The notes beneath the pieces are model-generated. The model was not told the origin of the DNA, searched no databases, and saw only the letters and a list, made by a program, of their open reading frames with translations. Positions 28,184 to 32,000 of a stretch of DNA of 32,000 nucleotides are shown here, in pieces. The translations under genes and the position numbers were made by a program. Source of the DNA: Natranaeroarchaeum sulfidigenes (GTDB lineage: Archaea > Halobacteriota > Halobacteria > Halobacteriales > Natronoarchaeaceae); the NCBI RefSeq assembly GCF_017094485.1, contig NZ_CP064786.1, forward strand, positions 2,514,788 through 2,546,787. Direction: 5' to 3'. Numbering within the stretch: the stretch's first letter is position 1; every line of letters begins with the position of its first letter.

Positions 28184-28741
28184 ATGAGTAACCACGACGA
28201 CAGGAGTTGGGGGCAGTTCGTCGAGGAGATCCCCGACGACACCGTCGTCGAACGGTTCGAGGGAGCGGAGCCGAAGACGGCGACGGAAATTGCCGATATC
28301 CTGTCCTGCACCGAGTATGAGGCCCGGAGCAAACTCGACGCGCTGTGTCGCACCGGTCAGCTGGACCGCAAAAAGGTACGCGAAGAGCCGCCGCTGACTG
28401 TCTGGTACCAGCCTCGCGCAACGTTTGTCGGAGAGGATAACGGAACGGGTCGGCCGGTTGACGAACACGTCTCCGCACTGCTTGACGATATGGACGTCCC
28501 CGGAATCAGCGGGATGATGCGGGACTGGCGGCGCGATGCGATTCGCGCCACGTTCGACCGGCTCCGAGACACTCGCGAAATCGAGGAAGCCGAACTGATC
28601 GAACAGGTGTATCCGGCGCACTCTGCGGGGTACGACGAGGCAGAACAGTGGTGGGCAATGGTGTCAGAACGGCTTGGAGATCTGCCTGGCGTCGTCGAGC
28701 CTCGCTGGGGCGGCAAAACCTGGCGATACGACGGTCAGTAG
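28184..28741 (+). CDS. HTH-containing hypothetical protein
   Basis: MSNHDDRSWGQFVEEIPDDTVVERFEGAEPKTATEIADILSCTEYEARSKLDALCRTGQLDRKKV...VWYQP is a wHTH-like N-terminus; the C-terminal half is uncharacterised. Confidence 0.68.
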   Translation: MSNHDDRSWGQFVEEIPDDTVVERFEGAEPKTATEIADILSCTEYEARSKLDALCRTGQLDRKKVREEPPLTVWYQPRATFVGEDNGTGRPVDEHVSALLDDMDVPGISGMMRDWRRDAIRATFDRLRDTREIEEAELIEQVYPAHSAGYDEAEQWWAMVSERLGDLPGVVEPRWGGKTWRYDGQ

Positions 28742-29412
28742 ATCAGCTCGTCGTTGCTCTCGATCATATACAGGGTTCGCGCGGAGATGTTGACTGCGTG
28801 GTCGCCGACGCGTTCGAGATCTCGAATCGTCAAGAGGAGCCGTGACACGTCGTTCATCAGAGTCTCGATATCCTCACTTGATTTCTCGTCGAACTCCCGT
28901 TCGAGCAGGTCACGAACGACCGTCTGGCTTGCTTCTTCGCAGAGTGCGTCGATGTCGTCGTCGCGGCGCGAAATCTCACGACACGCGTCCGGGTCGTCGG
29001 TCGCATACGCGTCCATCGCGTCCTCGACCATCTCGTGGGTTAGATCGCCCAGTCCCTGCACGTCGACTTCGGGATAGAGGTCCTGTTCGGCGTTGCGGGA
29101 GTACTCGGCGAGGTTTGTAGCGAGATCACCAACCCGTTCCAGATCGGTGATGATCTTGAACGTCGAGGCGATAAATCGAAGATCACCGGCGACGGGCTGC
29201 TGGAGCGCCAGAATATCGATACAGTCCTGTTCGAGGTCGAGATACAACTGGTTGATTTCGTGGTCGCCCTGAATCACTTCCTCCGCTAGCCCCTCGTCTT
29301 TCTGTTCGAGGGCGTCGAAGCTCATCCGTAGCCGTTCGAGAACGAGTTCGCTCATGTAGAGAACGTCCTCACGGAGGGACTCCAGCTGTTGTTGGTAGTC
29401 CTGTCGTGCCAT
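28735..29412 (-). CDS. phoU: PhoU family phosphate signalling/uptake regulator
   Basis: MARQDYQQQLESLREDVLYMSELVLERLRMSFDAL...DLRFIASTFKIITDLERVGDLATNLAEYS...LLLTIRDLERVGDHAVNISARTLYM (two PhoU repeats). Confidence 0.9.
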   Translation of the reverse strand: MARQDYQQQLESLREDVLYMSELVLERLRMSFDALEQKDEGLAEEVIQGDHEINQLYLDLEQDCIDILALQQPVAGDLRFIASTFKIITDLERVGDLATNLAEYSRNAEQDLYPEVDVQGLGDLTHEMVEDAMDAYATDDPDACREISRRDDDIDALCEEASQTVVRDLLEREFDEKSSEDIETLMNDVSRLLLTIRDLERVGDHAVNISARTLYMIESNDELIY

Positions 29413-29540
29413 ACTCGGGCACAGACCGGCCGGACGTATAAGTGCTATCGGATCGGGGAAGCTTGCCACCGTGCCAGTGGCGACGGCCTGACGTTTCCAT
29501 GACCGACTCCTTTTATCTGCTCGGACGGTAGATGGCCGGT

Positions 29541-30191
29541 ATGAGTGAGACAACGGAGCGGATCGGGACGCGCTGTCCGTCCTGTTCGCCAGATGCGGAG
29601 ACAGTCCACGAGGTTCTCAAACCGGGGGGACAGGCGACCGTTCGCTGTACGGAGTGCAGCCACGTCCACAAGGTTCGTATCGAAGAAGATCGGACGGTCG
29701 AGCGCGATGTCGTCGTCTCTCAGGAGGGTGACTCGTTCTCAGCGACGGCAGAACCGCCAGCTGACGAAACGCTTGCAACCGGCGAAGAGTTCGTCCTCGA
29801 TACGCCCGAGGCGATTATGACCGTCCGGATCACCAGCCTCGAACTCGACGGCGACAAACGCGTCGACGAAGCGAGCGCCGAGGAGGTCAGCACGATCTGG
29901 ACCCGTGCGGTCGGGAATGTCGGAGTCAACACGACAATTCACCCGAAAGACGGTCGTCGTGAGGAGACCAGAAGCGTCACCCTGCAGGTGCCGGGAGACT
30001 ACGAGTTCACCGTCGGCGCGACCGACGAACTCGCCGGTGAGGAGTTCACCATCGAGGGGATCGTCGTCCGGGACGACGCGACCGGCTACAAGTTCGACAA
30101 ACTGGATCACGACCGCGATACGGCGGTCGCAAAGGACGTCAAACGGCTATACGTTCGCGACGAGTCCTCGACTGCCTGGTCGGCCTGGTAG
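29541..30191 (+). CDS. HVO_0476-family zinc-finger protein
   Basis: RCPSCSPDAETVHEVLKPGGQATVRCTECSHVHKVRI two CxxC pairs, with a conserved-looking C-terminal domain. Confidence 0.75.
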   Translation: MSETTERIGTRCPSCSPDAETVHEVLKPGGQATVRCTECSHVHKVRIEEDRTVERDVVVSQEGDSFSATAEPPADETLATGEEFVLDTPEAIMTVRITSLELDGDKRVDEASAEEVSTIWTRAVGNVGVNTTIHPKDGRREETRSVTLQVPGDYEFTVGATDELAGEEFTIEGIVVRDDATGYKFDKLDHDRDTAVAKDVKRLYVRDESSTAWSAW

Positions 30192-30194
30192 CCG

Positions 30195-30833
30195 ATGTCC
30201 GGGGGCTCGTTTGCGGACCGGCGGGACCGGATGGTCGACCGTCTCGTAGAGAGCGGCCGAATCAGTGATAGGGCGACTATCGACGCGCTTCGTTCGGTCC
30301 CCCGCCACGAGTTCGTCCCCTCCCCCAAACGTGATGCCGCCTACGAGGACCGCCCGCTCCCGATCGGCGACGATCAGACGATTAGCGCCCCACACATGGT
30401 CGGGATGATGACCGAGTTGCTCGCTGCCGAAGCCGGGAATGCCGTCCTCGAAATCGGCACTGGCTGTGGCTATCATGCCGCGGTCACCGCTGAAATTGTC
30501 GGTCCAGAGAACTTGTACTCCGTAGAGTACAGCGAGCGCCTCGGCGAGCGTGCTGCGGACACGCTCTCCGACCTCGGGTACGGTGACGTCTCGATCCGCG
30601 TCGGCGATGGCTGGGATGGCTGGCCGGAACACGCCCCGTACGACCGTGCGTATCTGACCTGTGCGGCACCAGAACTCCCCGAACCAGTTGCCGAACAGGT
30701 CGCGGCTGGTGGCCGAATCCTCGCCCCGATCGGTCGACGACAGCAGCTGCTCGAACGGTTCGACAAGCGAGCGGATGGCAGTCTCGCCACGGAATCCCAC
30801 GGTGGGGTCCGGTTCGTACAGATGCGCGGCTGA
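30195..30833 (+). CDS. pcm: Protein-L-isoaspartate O-methyltransferase
   Basis: RHEFVPSPKRDAAYEDRPLPIGDDQTISAPHMVGMMTELLAAEAGNAVLEIGTGCGYHAAVTAEIVG canonical PIMT motifs. Confidence 0.93.
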   Translation: MSGGSFADRRDRMVDRLVESGRISDRATIDALRSVPRHEFVPSPKRDAAYEDRPLPIGDDQTISAPHMVGMMTELLAAEAGNAVLEIGTGCGYHAAVTAEIVGPENLYSVEYSERLGERAADTLSDLGYGDVSIRVGDGWDGWPEHAPYDRAYLTCAAPELPEPVAEQVAAGGRILAPIGRRQQLLERFDKRADGSLATESHGGVRFVQMRG

Positions 30834-30899
30834 CTCGACACCGGACAACCCCGTCCGCCAGCCGCGCGATTGATTACCTTTCGGGACGAACCCGAAGAC

Positions 30900-31637
30900 A
30901 TGGAACCGGCGGTACTCCGAGACGACATGGTCGATAGCCTCGAACACGAGGCCAAGGCCGTCGTCCGGAGCGAACAGGTGGGGCTCGCGATGCGGGAAGT
31001 CCCGCGCCACGAGTTCGTCGACGCCGACCGGGCCGCCTACGCCGATATCTCCCATCAGGAGCACGGCACACGCGTCCTCTCGCCGAGCGAAGCGGCCAGA
31101 CTACTCGAACTGGTCGATGTCAGGCCGGAGCACTCGGTGCTGGTCGTCGGCGTCGGCGTCGGTTATACAGCCGCTGTTCTCGCTGAGATTGTCGACGCAC
31201 GGAACGTGCACGCGATCGATATCACCCGCTCACTGGTCTACGCTGCCCGCGAAAATCTCGCCGCTGCGGGTCACGATGAGGTGCTGGTCGACTGCCGTGA
31301 CGGTGCTGATGGCTTCCCGGAGTACGCGCCTTACGATCGGATTCTGCTGGAAGCCGCGGCGGTGCGACCGCCACCAGCCCTGCTGGATCAGCTCGCTCCC
31401 GAGGGGAAACTCGTCTTGCCGCAGGGTAACGGTACCCAGCGGCTCACCGTCGTCGAGAGCGGTGGTGACGTCGAAGAACACGGTACGGTGGCGTTTGCGC
31501 CGCTGCTCGTCGAGGGCGAACAGGCCGACGCCATCGAGCGCAACCGCACCGCCCGCGAGGACCGCGAGCACGCAAAGCGCGCCGCTCAGTCGCGTCACGG
31601 CTGGGAGCGTGACTGGATCGACTGGGACGGCGTCTAG
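30900..31637 (+). CDS. PIMT-like methyltransferase paralog (divergent)
   Basis: REVPRHEFVDADRAAYADISHQEHGTRVLSPSEAARLLELVDVRPEHSVLVVGVGVGYTAAVLAEIVDARNVHAIDI...DGADGFPEYAPYDRILLEAAA; same fold as the adjacent pcm but the active-site loop differs. Confidence 0.82.
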   Translation: MEPAVLRDDMVDSLEHEAKAVVRSEQVGLAMREVPRHEFVDADRAAYADISHQEHGTRVLSPSEAARLLELVDVRPEHSVLVVGVGVGYTAAVLAEIVDARNVHAIDITRSLVYAARENLAAAGHDEVLVDCRDGADGFPEYAPYDRILLEAAAVRPPPALLDQLAPEGKLVLPQGNGTQRLTVVESGGDVEEHGTVAFAPLLVEGEQADAIERNRTAREDREHAKRAAQSRHGWERDWIDWDGV

Positions 31638-32000
31638 TCGTCGATCACCAGTAGTTCCGTATTCTCGCGTTGGTCCTCGTACTCGGTTCCTGCTGGTGGG
31701 TTGATGTCGATATCCAGCGTCCCTTTGTCCTGATTGTCCCTGAGTTCGGGCCGGATCTCTACTGTCGCCTCGCCGTCAGCGTCCGACTCCTCGTTTACAA
31801 CCCCATCGATGCTCGCGGTCCCGCTGGAGACGATCACTGTCGCGCCCTCGACCGGGTCGCCCTGATCGTCGATCACCGTCAGGTCGACCGAGTTGTGCCC
31901 CGTCCCGATCACCTCCTCGTCGGGCTCGACGTCGAGTTCGGTCGTTCCGAGCGTCCCGACGCCCGAGAGCATAGACATCATGATTGACAGACTCGCCACA
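31634..32000 (-). CDS. Secreted/surface protein fragment with Ig-like/bacterial-adhesion-type domain (5' end beyond window)
   Basis: LDVEPDEEVIGTGHNSVDLTVIDDQGDPVEGATVIVSSGTASIDGVVNEESDADGEATVEIRPE. The ORF-track start at 31999 is a GTG at the window edge, so the frame probably continues upstream. Confidence 0.55.
   Translation of the reverse strand, partial: VASLSIMMSMLSGVGTLGTTELDVEPDEEVIGTGHNSVDLTVIDDQGDPVEGATVIVSSGTASIDGVVNEESDADGEATVEIRPELRDNQDKGTLDIDINPPAGTEYEDQRENTELLVIDD

Noticed and set aside
15344-29412. Presence of PsiE-like and PhoU genes as a phosphate regulon
   Set aside because: They are about 13 kb apart, with no pst transporter genes or shared promoter motif seen; no evidence for a linked system.
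1-32000. Search for CRISPR arrays, transposases, integrases, restriction-modification, toxin-antitoxin or other defence genes
   Set aside because: No regularly spaced direct repeats and no proteins with such motifs were seen; the small ORFs that might suggest toxin-antitoxin pairs are mostly antisense artefacts.
1-32000. Search for tRNA and rRNA genes
   Set aside because: No TTCGANNCC-type T-arm with matching acceptor stem or rRNA-like region noticed in intergenic DNA; a tRNAscan-SE/Infernal run would be decisive but was not possible.

Overview
The window is a haloarchaeal (high-GC euryarchaeal) chromosomal segment. It is densely packed with mostly housekeeping genes in short divergent and convergent units, and I call 36 protein-coding genes, two cut by the window edges. 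In order they are: Rsm22-like methyltransferase, prephenate dehydrogenase, GGGP synthase, membrane protein, HxlR-type regulator, GNAT, SDR, aspS, mfnA-type decarboxylase, DUF4013 protein, DUF7344-type wHTH, small acidic ORF, metG, Cys-containing HxlR regulator, Vms1/Ankzf1-like protein, folC-folP fusion, PsiE-like protein, aconitase, rimI, DUF5810/DUF5809 pair, small ORF, NUDIX, YchF GTPase, second NUDIX, DUF2062 protein, a four-gene glycosylation/surface polysaccharide locus (GT2, GT4, APH-fold kinase, flippase), mini-M50 protease, HTH protein, phoU, HVO_0476-type zinc protein, two tandem PIMT-like genes, and an Ig-like fragment. I see no rRNA, tRNA, CRISPR, transposase, phage or recognisable defence system. 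Nothing here amounts to a clear new biological system. The best second-look items are a phased triple 6-mer array (TGTAGT-N5-ACTACA-N5-TGTAGT) in an AT-rich convergent gap, a perfect operator-like inverted repeat at 2781-2798, tandem hairpins behind aspS, the Vms1-like protein with a GGYSQ motif, a divergent PIMT paralog lacking the canonical active-site loop, and the kinase embedded in the glycan locus.
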